DNA of 64,000 nt, from assembly GCF_009914755.1 (NCBI RefSeq), contig NC_060928.1. One strand, given 5' to 3'. The notes below the pieces were generated by a model that saw only the letters and a list, made by a program, of their open reading frames with translations, searched no databases and was not told the origin of the DNA. Each line of letters opens with the position of its first letter. Position 1 is the first letter of the stretch. The position numbers and the translations under genes were made by a program. This document shows positions 14,730 through 28,097 of the stretch, one piece after another. Origin of the DNA: the human T2T-CHM13v2.0 reference genome, Homo sapiens.

Positions 14730-15500
14730 GATGTATGTATGTGGGGAACAGGAAGAAAGGAAGGTTAGCTAGAATATTGGTCAGGGAAGTTTGAAAAGTA
14801 AGTTGAAAGCTAGTCTTTTGAATGTTATGTTTGAAGGGTTTTGTGTGTGTGTGCGGGTAATGGAAAGGTTTGAAAGGTTTGCCCACAGTGCATAATTATG
14901 AGTTTTAGAAATGAAAACAATGGCAGGAGAGATGAGGTATTAATGCAGAAAGGAGCTGAAGTATCAGAAGGTGTAAGAGGGCCTGAATTAAAGTGGTGGG
15001 GCTGGAAGGCAGGTGAAGTGGCTAAGTTAATCGACATTTGAGAAGGAGGGGAGAGGAGCAAAGGAACTGTGGTGGGGCGTGAGTGTGCTCCTGAAGCAGG
15101 GACGTTGTTGTGTGTGCTGGCGTCGGGGCTGGGAGCGTGCCCGGAGCTGCAGCCTTGGACACCATAAGCCCAGAAGTGAGTGAAGGACACACAGGGTAGG
15201 CTGAGAGCACACCTTTCAGGAACACCCACCTTTAAAGGATAGATGAAGAAAGGATTGCCATACGAGGAGACAAGAAAGTGATGTTCTGAGGAAAACGAAG
15301 TCTGAGAAAGTGTGTCACAGAAACCAAAAAAGAGAAAGTACCAAGGAAAGAAGAGGATTCGCAGGGTTAAACATTCCCAACGTGTCAGACAGAATGCTCT
15401 GAAAATGGAAGCCTTGAGTTAATAGTTGGGGGTGCACAGGTGGCCATGCTGGAGCTGTTTCTTCAGAGAAGGACGAGCGGAGGCCACGCTGTTGTGAGTT
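14730..15500 (-). mobile_element. LINE-2 fragment(s)
   Basis: Purine-rich degenerate antisense L2 motifs ('ggctgagagcacacctttcaggaacacccacctttaaaggatagatgaagaaagga'). Confidence 0.55.
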
Positions 15501-17394
15501 GAAATTAAACGTAAAGTCTTAACCTTGCCTTTGAAAGATCAACTCATCTGACTAACTCTTCTGAGGAGGCTGAAAATAAAAAGACAGTGCTGAAGTTAAT
15601 ATTACTTTTAGGACAAGGAAAATCATGAGTGGTATACAGACAGGTAGGTGGGTAGATTTTTGGGCCCAGAGGATGAGGGAGGGAGCACTTAACAAAAGCC
15701 CAGAGCAAGAGTGAGCCTTCCACAGAGGTGTGCGCAGGTGTGTTTGGAGGAGGGTCTTTCTCTGTAACGGGAGAAAAAATTCCCCGAAGCTGACACCCAT
15801 CCAGTGCCCAGTGGTTCAGTCATGCCTGTGTTTAAAATACTGCAGTGCTGTCACAACGGTTGTGGTGTATGTGGCTCTGGGGGTTCACACGCCGAGCTCT
15901 CTCCACATCGTATCTGCCATTCCAGCCCACGTCCTTCCCAGCAGAAGGCCTCGGAAAACATGCATTCTAGTTCTGATCACTCAGTGCCCATTCCTCCCTA
16001 ATTGCTGAATATTTTGAATATCACCCTGGATATCAAAGTTGTGAATATAGATTTGGAGCTTGATGTAAAAGAAGCTAGGGAAGCCCATGTCTCTGATTTT
16101 CAGGCACTCGCATGTTAAAAATCACCTGCTGGAAAGGACCAAGCAAACATGCTGAGGGAGCATGAGAGGAAAGAAAAATCAGGGGCTGGAGTTTCCCGAA
16201 GAGATTGAGGTTGGAGCTTCCACAAGTGTCTTGGTGCTATCACCACTGCTATGTGACATTTTCTAAGAGGAAACAAGAACCTGGAGACCCAGGAGTTGAC
16301 CCCATTTTTAAACTGGGCAAGTCTTGGCAGTGGAAAGTCAGAGAAACAGGAAAATGGTGGGCACTGGTGAGAGCACTCTTACCAGACTGCGAGGTCCAGG
16401 CTAGGCGGGAAGGGACTTTAACTCACAGGGGGGCCCAGGACTACAAGAATAGGTCAGAATCAAGTGAAGAAAGGCCATGGTAACAGAAGCCTAAGGCATA
16501 GGAGGGGAGAAGGGCTGAGGGATAGGATGCTAAGACAAGGAAAGAGACGGAATAGGAAAATAATTTCAGCATGTCCAGTTTCAGAGACTGAGCAGTTTTG
16601 AGAGATGATGTGCTGTGGGATTCTGTCAGTAGAGAAGCTCAACGGAAGAAGAAGAAGTTTCTGAGTCAGGAGGAGCAAGGCTGTGAGACAGGGGTGATCA
16701 CGGTTGGGGTGGACACTGTGAGTGAACCAGGAGGACAGAAGGAGGTGGAATGGGAAAAACAAAGAGTGAGCCAAGTGATAGAGAGACGTGACCAATGACA
16801 ACATGAAGGAAGTTGGTGCCATATCCTGAGAAACCTTAGAGGCAGGGGAAACATGAGGCGGTCCTTATGCTGCTTGTTATGTTTCCAATGTGATTCAAAC
16901 AGGGAGATTCGCAAAGGCCAGTGCTGATTACTAATGTGCCTTGCAGCAGATGTAAATAAAACTGGTTCTTACTTCAAAGCTTTCTTTTGTAGCAGCACTG
17001 CCCACATGGGTCTATTTGGCAGAGAAAAGACGAGGGGTGCCCCTCTGGACATATTCACACAGACTATGGTCTGAAATTGTACTGTTTGAAACACTGGTAA
17101 AATGTAGTTGCTCAAGAAATGTATAACACTGCCTTCCAAGTCAGAGCTCCAACATAACTCTTTGCAGTTATGTGAAGTGAGCAGTGCATTGTCATCCTGG
17201 AAAGCCCGGCTCCTTGGTTGAACCTCTAATGATTTCTTGGCCTTTTATTGCTTGAGAGAGTAAGGGGAGTGGGACCGCTGAGTTACTGCAGTAAGAATGC
17301 TTGCCCTGGGATTTCTGCAGCCACCGACCTGGCTGACAGGTTATATTCTCCAGTCAGCATTTGCCTTTTTATTGTGATTTTGTTTTATGCATAG

Positions 17395-17618
17395 TGGTAA
17401 TAAATAATACATCTCTCAGCACACGGCCCATCACCATGGAATCCAAAAGCCATTCAGTATCGAACCTTCCCTTTGGAATTTTAAGTGCAGAGCTGCTGGT
17501 TGAGAAAGCCACATCCCCAATATGCAGAGATAATAGAAAGTTAGAAGTTTAACACACCTGTGCTATGTTATAAAGCAAAGGATATACAGCAATGCAAGAC
17601 CAGCATAACTCAAACTAG
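17395..17618 (+). pseudogene. Candidate decayed exon (phase 1 to 1, one frameshift)
   Basis: Acceptor 'attttgttttatgcatag|TG', 51 open codons (VINNTSLSTRPITMESKSHSVSNLPFGILSAELLVEKATSPICRDNRKLEV), donor TAG|gtatct. Confidence 0.4.
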
Positions 17619-18090
17619 GTATCTTTCTCAAGCAGTAAAAATCTCCAACCCATTAAAATGACTGATACTATTGCTCTGTATTTATATAGTGTCTTCCTAC
17701 AAAGGAGCTTAAAATGTTTTACTAACATTTTCTCATTAACTCTCCCTTCATCTCCATGAAATATGCGGTGAGAGTTGGGACTGCTGTTTCTTCTTGCATT
17801 ACCCATGGTTAATGTGATGCCTGGAGAGGCTGTAAACCCAAGGTCATTCTGTGGGTTGGTGACAGTAAGAGCTCCTTGCATCCGTTTCTCTCCTTTCCTC
17901 CATGTCAATGGTGATGTCTCTATCCAGCTTTTCTCTGTCTTCTCAAATCAGTGAGAATAGATCTGGTTGGGGATAACGGCTCTAAGACTATGCATCAAAT
18001 TGATGATAATATCAGCAAATTTTCATTTATCTAAATTATTTGCCATTAATTAAATACTTTCATAATGATTATCTGTAATTTTTCTGATAG

Positions 18091-18226
18091 GCAATGGGGA
18101 AGAGATTATTGTAAATAATAAAAGGAGAACAATCATTAATCAGCTGTGCACATTTCTGCTTTTGAAAAATATGAACGCAAGAAAGGAGAGAAACACTGAA
18201 AAACATGAGATCGATCTGAAAAACAA
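18091..18226 (+). pseudogene. Candidate exon, fully open (phase 1 to 2)
   Basis: 'atttttctgatag|GC...AA|gtatgg'; NGEEIIVNNKRRTIINQLCTFLLLKNMNARKERNTEKHEIDLKN. Confidence 0.45.
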
Positions 18227-18372
18227 GTATGGTTTACACGCGTGGAATCACCTTGTCTTCCGTGACTGTGACAATCGTTCACATAAACATCTTCACGTTA
18301 CTGTAAGAGGTGAAATGGTGCACAGCACATTGAAAATTTTAATGAAGACCAAAATATTTCCCTTAAAAATGA

Positions 18373-18706
<334 letters not shown>

Positions 18707-19136
18707 AAAATTGCCTTATTTTGATTAACATATTCAATTGCCTGAAATTAATTTTTTTGAAGGATCTTCAACTGTGACGATGTTTTCTTGTGCCTCTGTG
18801 GCTTTACGTACTGTCTCTTCACCCCAAGCAGTTCATAGTTATATCATTTCCTGAAGTCTTTCTGGAGCCCACAGAAATGTAGGTCTCTCCATCTACCGGG
18901 CTCCCACTGCACTCTGCAGGAGCATTTCTTGTGCAGCTCTCATCCCAAGATTCCCCACGTGTGTTTATGTGTCAGCCTCCTCTCTTAGAACACAGCCAGC
19001 TAGTTATCAACTGTCGTTCCGGAGCCTGGCATATGAGACGCATTCTCACTGAGAAGAATGAATGACTTAGCCAGTCCCTGCTGGTTGCACTGCATCTTAC
19101 TGCCTTACTCCATTTATTTACTGCATGAGTCTGTAG

Positions 19137-19356
19137 CTAGAGAAATATAAATGAAGTAATGAGTGAAGGCATCCAGCTGATCGATAAATGTATTGTGGTG
19201 AACGTGAGGCTCCCTCAAGCAGTCTTAGAACAGTACATCCATAGCAGGTTTGGCTTTCAGCATCAACGAGTCCATAGGTCAGGTGCAAAATCAGCTATTA
19301 CCCTGGGCCGTACAAGGAGCCTCTCAGTCTGCACAGTTTATTCACAGTGAGGAAAG
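19137..19356 (+). pseudogene. Candidate decayed exon (phase 2 to 2, one frameshift)
   Basis: 'ctgtag|C...GAAAG|gtatag'; RNINEVMSEGIQLIDKCIVVNVRLPQ.. then, in a shifted frame, STSIAGLAFSINESIGQVQNQLLPWAVQGASQSAQFIHSEE. Confidence 0.35.
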
Positions 19357-19725
19357 GTATAGCTATTAGAGAGCATTTTGTCATTGTTCACTGATGTGTC
19401 CACTTATGTTGGCTTATTTTAAAAAATAAATTGGTTGCTGTCTTGAGTATCTTCCATTAATCAAGTTACCAACACAGGATTTGAAAACATTTTCTTTAAC
19501 AGCTCTCAGTCTTACTTCCAGACATGAGTAGAGCCACGACAATTCTAATATTTAAAATTATTTGATGTTTTCACTTTAATTGCACAGATTGGGTCCTCAT
19601 GGTAGGTTAATCCCACGCTTTGCCAAAGATTATCGTATCTTTACTCACATCCCCTTCCTCATGTGTCCTTTCCACTTATTATCATTCTTTGGGTTTTTCT
19701 GTCACCTCACCCCTGTCATACATTC

Positions 19726-19753
19726 TCACACACACACACACACACACACACAC
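19726..19753. repeat. (CA)n microsatellite
   Basis: Read directly. Confidence 0.9.
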
Positions 19754-20264
19754 GTGTATATACAATAAGTTTCTATTAGGGTAGCATTGTACAAATGGCG
19801 GGCATTCAATAAATGTTTAATATGCATTTTAAAACAGTGTATGCAAGAGTAATCATCAAAAGTCATATGACTCTTCTCTTTTCATGTAGCATCCTTCAGA
19901 ACTGCATTATAGAAGGGAGATAGCTTAAATACTCAAGCTAAAGAAAATGTACATACATGTGTGATAACAATATTATATCTCACTTCATAAATTGCCAATT
20001 TGAATATTTTGGTGTAAAAATTTAGAAGTATATCTTAATCCTATTAAGAGACATCGTCAGTGAGATACATTTGATGTTAAATCACGTGATTAATAACACT
20101 CAAATTTGCCATGACAAGGCACTGCAATAAGAACTTTCCCAGATAATAAACTTGACCACTGGTATGCACTGCCAACCGAAGGTAAGGATCAGTATTCTCA
20201 CAGGTTAAGAAAAGTACCTTTGACGGTATTTTTACAAAGTTCTGTAATTCAGTATTTCCTTCAG

Positions 20265-20400
20265 CTCAGTGGGCATGATGGTGTCGGTTGAGACTTTAAA
20301 GATGTTATTGTCAAAATCATTTTACTTCTCATAAAGAAGCATTTTGCCTCATCAATTTCAGAGTACAGGTTCACTGGCTGCTTTGAAATGTTGTTGAAAT
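20265..20400 (+). pseudogene. Candidate decayed exon
   Basis: 'agtatttccttcag|CTC...AAT|gtaaga'; phase-2 frame SVGMMVSVETLKMLLSKSFYFS*RSILPHQFQSTGSLAALKCC*N (phase-0 frame has a single TGA, so frame is ambiguous). Confidence 0.45.
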
Positions 20401-21112
20401 GTAAGAGACTACAAGCAACTATACTAATCAGTATGCAATTGCTATACCAAAAATGCATGAGTTTTTCCATGATTCCTCTTTCTAGTAATAATTAATTACC
20501 TAGTGGGTTTATTTATTTAGAGTTTTGAGGATTGCAAGTATGTTTCTTTTTGTAAATAGATACTAATTCTTCTAAGGATTCAAGTAGACATACAGAATGA
20601 ACATTCCCTTAGTTTTTAAATTTTATTATAAATGGATTCCAGATCAGCATTTCCCTTGTCCATGTATATGTGGCTGTCATCAGGAGGAGATGAACAGCTA
20701 TTAACTATAGTAGTGACAATGCCAATGGTAATAATATTAATCCTTTAATATCCACTATGTGCCTTTTTCTATGCTAAATATTTTATATTTATATGATCAC
20801 ATTCAACATTTTGTGTGTAATTTTACACTTAGCTTTCTACTTTTTCTGAGTCTGATCTCCCCAAAGGTATCTTACCACAACAAGTACTGGAGTAAGAACT
20901 ATTTTAAATGCCAGTTTTAAACATGTCTCAAATTCCTCTGGCTTAAACATTCTCTTATTCTATCTGTTTGGAATAAATATATTTTTATTAAAGAAATCTC
21001 TTTTTAATAAATGACTATTTTTTTCTAATTTCCTCTTCCTCTTTTTTCTCCCCTTAGTGGTGTATGGGTCTACCAGGTGCCTAACCTTCCCTGTAACTAT
21101 GCCCAGGGGAGC

Positions 21113-21650
21113 CTATTCCAGTCACTAATGCTGCTAACGAGTCACTCTAAAATGTGGTGAGTAAAGCAACAGTGACTGTATTGTGTCTCATAGCATCTGC
21201 GCTTTGAAGACGGAAGAGCTCCTCTGGCTTGTGGTTTCTCAATGAATTGCCCACAGGTGGTGGCTGAAGCTGAGACCACAGGAAAGGAATGGCTATGTCC
21301 TGGCCAGGCACCCAGGCACCTCTATCTGATCTCTCTGCATGGATTAGTTAGGGCTTCCTCCCCAGCTAATGGGGAAGGTGCTTGAAGGCAGAAATCTGTT
21401 TCCATGAAAACCGAGCTCTTCAAAAGCAAGTATCCCCGTGGTCATCACCTTTCTGGACCCAGCCCAGGGAAGCACACAAGTTACTTCTGCTGCACTGTCC
21501 AGGATACAGGCAAGTTACAGGCTCACTCAGATTCAGAGGAAGGGAACATAATTCAGAATGCTCAGTGCAAATATTGTCAAGATCCCTTTGCAAGAGCATG
21601 TGGAATGGGAAATATCCCTGTGGCCACTTTTGCATAATACAGTCTGCCTT
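21113..21650 (-). mobile_element. Old MaLR LTR (MLT1-type)
   Basis: Degenerate 'gtcactaatgctgctaacgagtcactctaaaatgtggtgagtaaagcaac...tcacctttctggacccagcccagggaagcacac...cagattcagagga'. Confidence 0.55.
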
Positions 21651-21953
21651 AGGGGCTGTGGTCATCGGTGGCCTGAGCCACAGAGGCTGCTCTTGTCAGT
21701 AGATTGGCCTGTGGTGATGTGCCACTGATCCTGTCTGGCGTCTGCCTCTGGCTCCCACGTTCCTCTTTTCCACAAGCTCCTGGTCATACCCTGAGGGCTC
21801 ACTGTCCTCTCAGCACCCCTGCTTTGATCACCAGGGCACATGGAACCCCACACATTCCACTCACACTGTGGACAACTAGGAGTGTTATCTCAGGCTAACA
21901 GGTGTGTCCTGCCAATCCAAAGGAGGGGTTTCCGTTATTACCAGGGAAAGAGG

Positions 21954-22641
21954 TTTAACTGCCCAATGGGTTTTTCCTGCTTGCTGCACAAAGACAGACC
22001 ACATTATTACAGTAAAGAAAGAGTTTAATTGATGTGAGACTGGTCAGGCCATGTGGGAGACAGAGTTATTACCTAAATCAATCTCTTTGAAGGCTCTCAT
22101 AGGTTAAGGGTTTTTCAAAGGCAGTTTAGAAGGGGCAGCGGTGGCTAGGAAATGGATGTTTGCTGCTAATTGGTTGGGGTGGAGATGAACTCGTAAGCAG
22201 TTGAAGCTGCCTCTTGAGCTGAATTGCTCCTGAGTGGTGGGTGCTACATGGGTGGTTTGGCAGGTCCAGTTGGAGCCATCTGTGTCAGACATGCAAAAAA
22301 CCTGAAAAGCCATTTCAAAAGTCCAGTCTACTATAGTGATGGTATCTGCAGGAGTAATTGGGGAAGTTGTTTATCTTGTGACCAGTCTATACCTTAGCAG
22401 AATTTAAGCTCTTTTTCTCCCACTAGCCCGATGGTCTCTCATTAGCTTTACAAAGATGGTTGAGTTCTGAGGAAAGGCTGTTATCATTTAAATTATAACC
22501 TAATTGTCTTCCAAATTTACCTAGGCCCAGGAATAATTAAGGCAACTGGAAAGCTAGAGGCAAAAGGAGGCGTTGGCAAGATCAGACCTCCCTTACTGCC
22601 ATAATTTTCTCATGGACATAATTTTTTTGAAGGCCATTTCA
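21954..22641 (-). mobile_element. ERV1 solo LTR, LTR8/MER4-group
   Basis: Homologous to 5816-6507 ('aactgcccaatggg...tttttcaaaggcagtttag...catgcaaaaaacctgaaaag'); 4-bp TSD GAGG at 21950-21953 and 22642-22645. Confidence 0.8.
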
Positions 22642-22834
22642 GAGGCCGTCTAACCTTGGATGGCTTAGAACCCTTCATGACTCTGTGGAGGGTTCTGTAT
22701 CCTCTGTCATTAGAGAGACCCTGTGATGGAGGAAAAGGGAAAGAAGCTCTGCTATTTTCCTTCTCACTCTTCCCTACATATGTCCGCATCTCTAAACAAG
22801 ATCAAACCTATGGTTATTAACACATAATAAAACA

Positions 22835-23300
22835 TCATATGCATTCATTCATCCAACGGATCGAATTCATTGAGCACCGGTCTGTGGCAGGCTCTGTCCC
22901 TATGAAGCCTGCATGCGAATGGAAAAGACTGACCTGGGAAGGATGGACATAGTAAATAAGTAATTGAAGGCCATGGGAAGGGATGAGGAGACAGAGCACA
23001 ACAGAGGCTGACATTTTGGAGACAGTGGTGAGAACCTCTCCAAAAAGGTGATTGTGAGCAGAGATCTCAGAAAGTTCCAAAGCAAATTGTGTGCAGATCT
23101 GGAGGAAGAGCCCTTGAGGCAGAGTGCAGAGACCTGCTATGAACACAGGGTCAGGTTGCTAGAAGAAAGACAGTTGTAAACAGCTCACATTGATTGAGGG
23201 GGAGATGGGCAAGAGAAGATGTTTGCAGAGTTGGAGACAGCAGGGATCCCCTGATGCCACGCCGCTTTCGGGAGTCGGGATTTTATTCACTGAGGAGGCA
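22835..23300 (-). mobile_element. LINE-2 3' fragment
   Basis: 'cattcattcatccaac...attgagcacc...gtgattgtgagcagagatct...gtgcagatctggaggaagagc'. Confidence 0.65.
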
Positions 23301-23391
23301 TGTCATGTGTGCCATTCTCAGCTCACCTTTTTCTCTCTAACTTATTTCCAGGGCCTGTCTACGTGGGTGTCATAGACCCAGGCCATCCTGT

Positions 23392-24024
23392 TGTCGAGGC
23401 CAGGGGAAAGCTTCCCCTTTACACTCTGCAGGTTTGCTGAAAAATCAACTCACGAAGGAGACTAATAGGAGAAAAGACAGGCAAATTTATTTGATCTTAG
23501 TGGAGTCTTCAGACTGCGGACCCAGAGATGCAGGGGAAATTGTCCATTTTTATGCTTAGGTTCAACAACGTAGGGACAGCTGTGTGGAAATAGGATTAAA
23601 CAAAAAGGGTGTGATCTAGTGCTGAGACACTGGGTGGACTGAGACACTGAGAGGGGGCACCCAGCAAGGCCTGACATGCAGATTCTTCCTGGCCTCTCTG
23701 GGCATCATCCCTCCCCTCTGGTGTGGGGCAGGGCCCTCTCTGCAATGGGGTCTCATGACCTGCAGTCAAAGTCGGTCGGAGAGTGTCTTTATTGCCAGTT
23801 TTGCATGGAATTGAGGGGGCAAAGCTGGAATAATATTTTAGGTTTTATGGCTGGCATAGGGCAAAAGGGATTCTGGTTTCTATAACCTGCTTTGTGGAAG
23901 AGGGATTCCAGTTTCTATGGCTGGCCTCAGGGGAGAATGAGACTGAGATAGGTGGGCAGGAGACAGGGAAAAACATTTGTTTCTGAGGCCTTCATTTTGG
24001 GTTATTGTTTTCTGAGTCCCAATA
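23392..24024 (-). mobile_element. MER39-family solo LTR (ERV1)
   Basis: Reverse complement begins 'tattgggactcagaaaacaataacccaaaatgaaggcctcagaaac...gccatagaaactggaatccctcttcc'. Confidence 0.8.
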
Positions 24025-24049
24025 CTATATACTACTTTATCTTACAAAT

Positions 24050-25400
24050 GTACTACAATTTTTTATATTGTCCTCTTATTGATAAAATATAGGTTCTTCA
24101 TACTGTTCACAAAGATGGTTTATTGTTATTTATGCTGAAAGTTTCTGTCTTAAAATAAGACTGACTTATTTTCTTTTTTATTAATATTATAAAATAATAT
24201 AGTTTCTATGACCTGGTTTTGTGGGTTCTAATTTTTCATATTTTTACTTTGTTTTCTATTTCTCCTTCCTCTGCCCACTGTTGTATAGATTGCATTTCCT
24301 TAATTCTTAATTCCCATACTGGCTTTCACCGGTTTGAAATTAAAGCAGTATACTTTTATATTTACCCTGAAATGGTCAACATGCATGCTTATCTTTGGAA
24401 AGACTAAAGTGGCTCAGTATCTTTGTCATCTTCCCAAACAATACAATTCTATACTCTTCTCATCTTCCATATTTTTGAGATGTAGAATTTAATATTCATT
24501 TTTCTAAAAGTTTCACCAAAATTGTCTTAAGGTTTCTTTTCAATTCCAATCAATACCAGTCTAAATGTAACAAGTTTTACCAACTTCTATGTATACAATT
24601 ACTTTCTATCTATTTCTTCTTCTGGGTTTTTCATTGTTGAAGCACATCTTTGGGGAGAATTTTCAGCAAGCCTCTGTGAGCGGTAAACTCAGTCTTTCAT
24701 GTCTGAAATTGCCTTTGTTTTTCCTTACAATGATTGCATTGCCACCTGACATTTACCAATGCCAGAGACAAATCTGTTGTCTTGTTCCTTTGCAAGTAAC
24801 CTGCAGTGTTCCTCTGTTTTGGATGGTTCAACTCTGTACCGCAGTGTGTCTAAGTGGGAATTTGCTTTTATTCGTGCTGCTTGAAACTTAATATAAATCT
24901 TCAGTCTGAGCACTCACATCTTTCTTTAATTCTAGAAAACTCTCATCAAATTTATTTAGAAGATTGCATCTTAACCATTGTCTCAATTCCCTGCTTTGAA
25001 CTTCGAATAGATAATGGCTGGAGCCTTGGCTTCTCTCCTCCACTTTTCAAATTCTCTTTCATATTTTCTATCTCTTTTCCTCACTGTTCTCTATATTCAG
25101 TCATTTCCTCTTGTCTGTATCTCAGTTAACTAAGTCCACTAATTTACTAAGCCCACTAATACTTTATTCAATTTATATAATGTGTAAAATATCTGATTTT
25201 TTAAAACACGAAATTGTATTTTTAAGAAAGTCTTGTTATTATTTTATATTTTTTCCTTTCTCTTTGATATTTCAAATCTCTTCAGAAGTTCACTTTTGGA
25301 ATATAGGCCTCCTGTTTTTATGCTGACGACCTCTCATTAGGAATTCTCTCCCATCCATATCGTGTGAAATTGGACTCTATCATTCTTGGCATGTGCTTGG
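24050..25400 (-). mobile_element. Very old LINE-1 (L1ME-type) fragment
   Basis: Degenerate T-rich L1 antisense motifs ('aaactcagtctttcatgtctgaaa', 'ctttaattctagaaaactctc'). Confidence 0.5.
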
Positions 25401-26136
25401 AATCCCAGTTCTGTGTGGATCCTGTTGTGTCTTTTGAACAATGCGCAGTTTTTCTAGTTTCCACTTCACAGAGGAAGTACAAGGGTTCAAACATTTGCCC
25501 TTTTACCAACTCTCAGGGTGGTTCTGGGCAAATTACTGAAATTCTCTAATTCTGATTTCTAATTCTCATTTCTGGTTAATTCTCTAAAGGCTTCTCTGCT
25601 TGGTCATGCTTTCCTTTGTAATTTGTCTCCCTCTTTCTTTCTTTTTCCAAAGAAACCACATAAACCACTCAAAAATGGGATTGCTCCACCTATCCTCATT
25701 TCTTTTCTACTCATTACTACATTAACTGTGAGTAAATTGAGTTCTTTCATTAAATATATCTAAGTCTAGGAAATTGCAACATTGAGACTCATTTTCCCAT
25801 TTGAAACACTTGGACGTGGCTTCAGTGGTCTTCACTGGCCTTTGTGAAGCTGGTTGAAAATGATGTTTGGGGAAGTCTTGGCAGCTAAGTGCCTTGGTGG
25901 TTCCTGACAGGTCTCTGTGACTTTACCATCGCGCACCCAGCAGGAAACCTGAATAAGAGCTGCAGATGAGCAAAGTCCAACAGCGTGTCTTAGCTGAGAA
26001 CCTGCTTAAAGCCTCCCAGTGAAAACCGGAAGAAGCCTTTGGGTTGATGTGGAGTCACTTCCATAGAGCTAGAGATGAAACCTAAATGGCTCAGCCCTGG
26101 CTTTAGGTTTGGCCTAGATGGTTTGAACCTATTCTA

Positions 26137-26213
26137 AAATATTAACCTGACCTCAGGATTTCACTGTCACATCTAGCTTTACACTCAGAAAAACTGAGGT
26201 CAGGTTAATATTT
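26137..26213. repeat. Perfect 20-bp inverted repeat with 37-nt spacer
   Basis: aaatattaacctgacctcag (26137-26156) / ctgaggtcaggttaatattt (26194-26213). Confidence 0.95.
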
Positions 26214-26799
26214 AAGAAATAGATGTGTCAGTTTCCTTATCTTATTCTTAGATACAAACAATAGAATAGTATTTCATCCTTTAATTGAAGTATTTTAGTT
26301 ATTTATATATTCTAAGTGGATGACTAATAATTCCATTTATTGGTCTCATGGCTAGAAGATTTATACCACCTATTTTGGCATATAATGTGTACAATTTCCC
26401 TGACATGGATAATATATGGAAGATTGTAGAAAGCAATAAGAATGCAATGCAATAAATATTAAAATGCTGTATCATTCTATTAGTATATTAAAGTAATATA
26501 ATTACTTGATGTGTTTCTTTCCAAGTATCATTGTAACTTGCTTTAGAATATACCTTAAATATGTTATATATTTTTATATAACATAGCAATTTATGACTCA
26601 ATACTCTAAGAATTATGAATTGCATCAATAGGCATTTGAATCTACTCATCTTGTTTATTGCTCATTTGTGTATTACTCTGGGAATTGTGGCACATTTTAG
26701 TCCTATTATGTGTGGAAACAAATCATAGTTTTGAACATGTAAAGGTGTAAAGCCAGCTCAACAAGAAAGTTGCTATCAAGAAACATATTCTTTTCACAG

Positions 26800-26945
26800 T
26801 TTGAATGGGTAGCACCAAAGAACTAGCTGGCAAAATAAAACAAAAAAATGTAGAAATAATCCCATGTAGCAAACAAGCAGCAAGAACACTTTGCCGGAAA
26901 GAATATAACCAAACGTTGATTTTTATGTTCTACAAAACTAAAAAG
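26800..26945 (+). pseudogene. Candidate decayed exon
   Basis: Strong acceptor 'atattcttttcacag|T', donor AAG|gttact; *MGSTKELAGKIKQKNVEIIPCSKQAARTLCRKEYNQTLIFMFYKTKK. Confidence 0.35.
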
Positions 26946-28009
26946 GTTACTTTCAACATATTTTCCCACAGCATGAAAAAATTACTCTTTTTCTTTCATT
27001 ATTTATAACTAACTACCCTTTAGAAACTTGAAACTGGTTTTTTGAGGGTCATTCAAGAACTGCAAGAATACAAATGAATTACTTTGCCCTTTAAAAGAAA
27101 GAGATTTGTAAAACATATTGTGGCATTGTTTGGAATCATTGGAGAAATCAAATACATGATGCATATAGATACAAAAATGGAAAAAGTTTGTTAAATATTT
27201 CCCTTAAAAATACCTAGATGAAACGAATCTACCTTTGTGTTTGACCTGTTAACACAATCATATGTAAGCCGTAAGAGAAACAGTTTCTCTTAAAATAAAA
27301 TACAAAAAGTTCCTCTGATGCTATAGTATTTTAATAAACATTTCCCTATTTCCTATGAAAGTTTGCAGCAAATGCCTGAAAATAACGTATTTCCTTATTA
27401 AACAAATAAAGCCATAAACAACTTGAGTGCAACATCTACACTGTTGTACAGAAGGGGTGGAATACGTGTGGATGAAGATAATTTGCAAACCACAGCCCTG
27501 TGTTACTAATGGCTGGCACAACTGGGAGCTGAAGGATTTCAAATGCCTCACACAGCTTCAAGTTAACTTCAGGCTGATCAGCTAGCCCTGTGATTAATTA
27601 TCGGAGGAAAGTATTGGTAGAGGTTTAAAATGTACACGTCTTCATGTTGAAAGATATACTCAAGGTTAAGAATGTTTAAAAAGTACAATACATAGAGATA
27701 TTTGGGAAAAAAGCTGTCTCACTGTTACTTTAATGCAGTAACAAAAGACACTGTCATACAAAGCAAAGAGGAGTGTCAATATTGTGCACGTATGTCCAGC
27801 TTCTTTTTTAGAATTCTGCATTTGGTGTTGCATATAACGGCAATGCTATTAGGAAGGAAGCTTTTTCCAAACTGTTTCTGGGTCTGTCTCACAGTTTGAA
27901 TTCTCACAGTTTAAGGCATGTACTTGTCAGTAATGAACATAGCACAATGTTGATCTACGGCACTGCAGTGCAGAAGCAGCCAGTCATAATTACTTTGATT
28001 TCTATAAAG

Positions 28010-28089
28010 ATGGACCTTTTTCTGTGAGTGTGTCGGCTGAAATGGAGATGCCCTGGGAAAAATTTAAGATGAAGGCCTTGTCACTCTGG
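28010..28089 (+). pseudogene. Candidate exon with mutated donor (phase 1 to 0)
   Basis: 'tttgatttctataaag|AT'; GPFSVSVSAEMEMPWEKFKMKALSLW then 'atgagt' (gtgagt with G>A). Confidence 0.4.
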
Positions 28090-28097
28090 ATGAGTGC

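Noticed and set aside
15524-15569. Minus-strand 46-nt exon candidate (ttttattttcag|...AAG|gttaag)
   Set aside because: Isolated; I found no chain of minus-strand partners.
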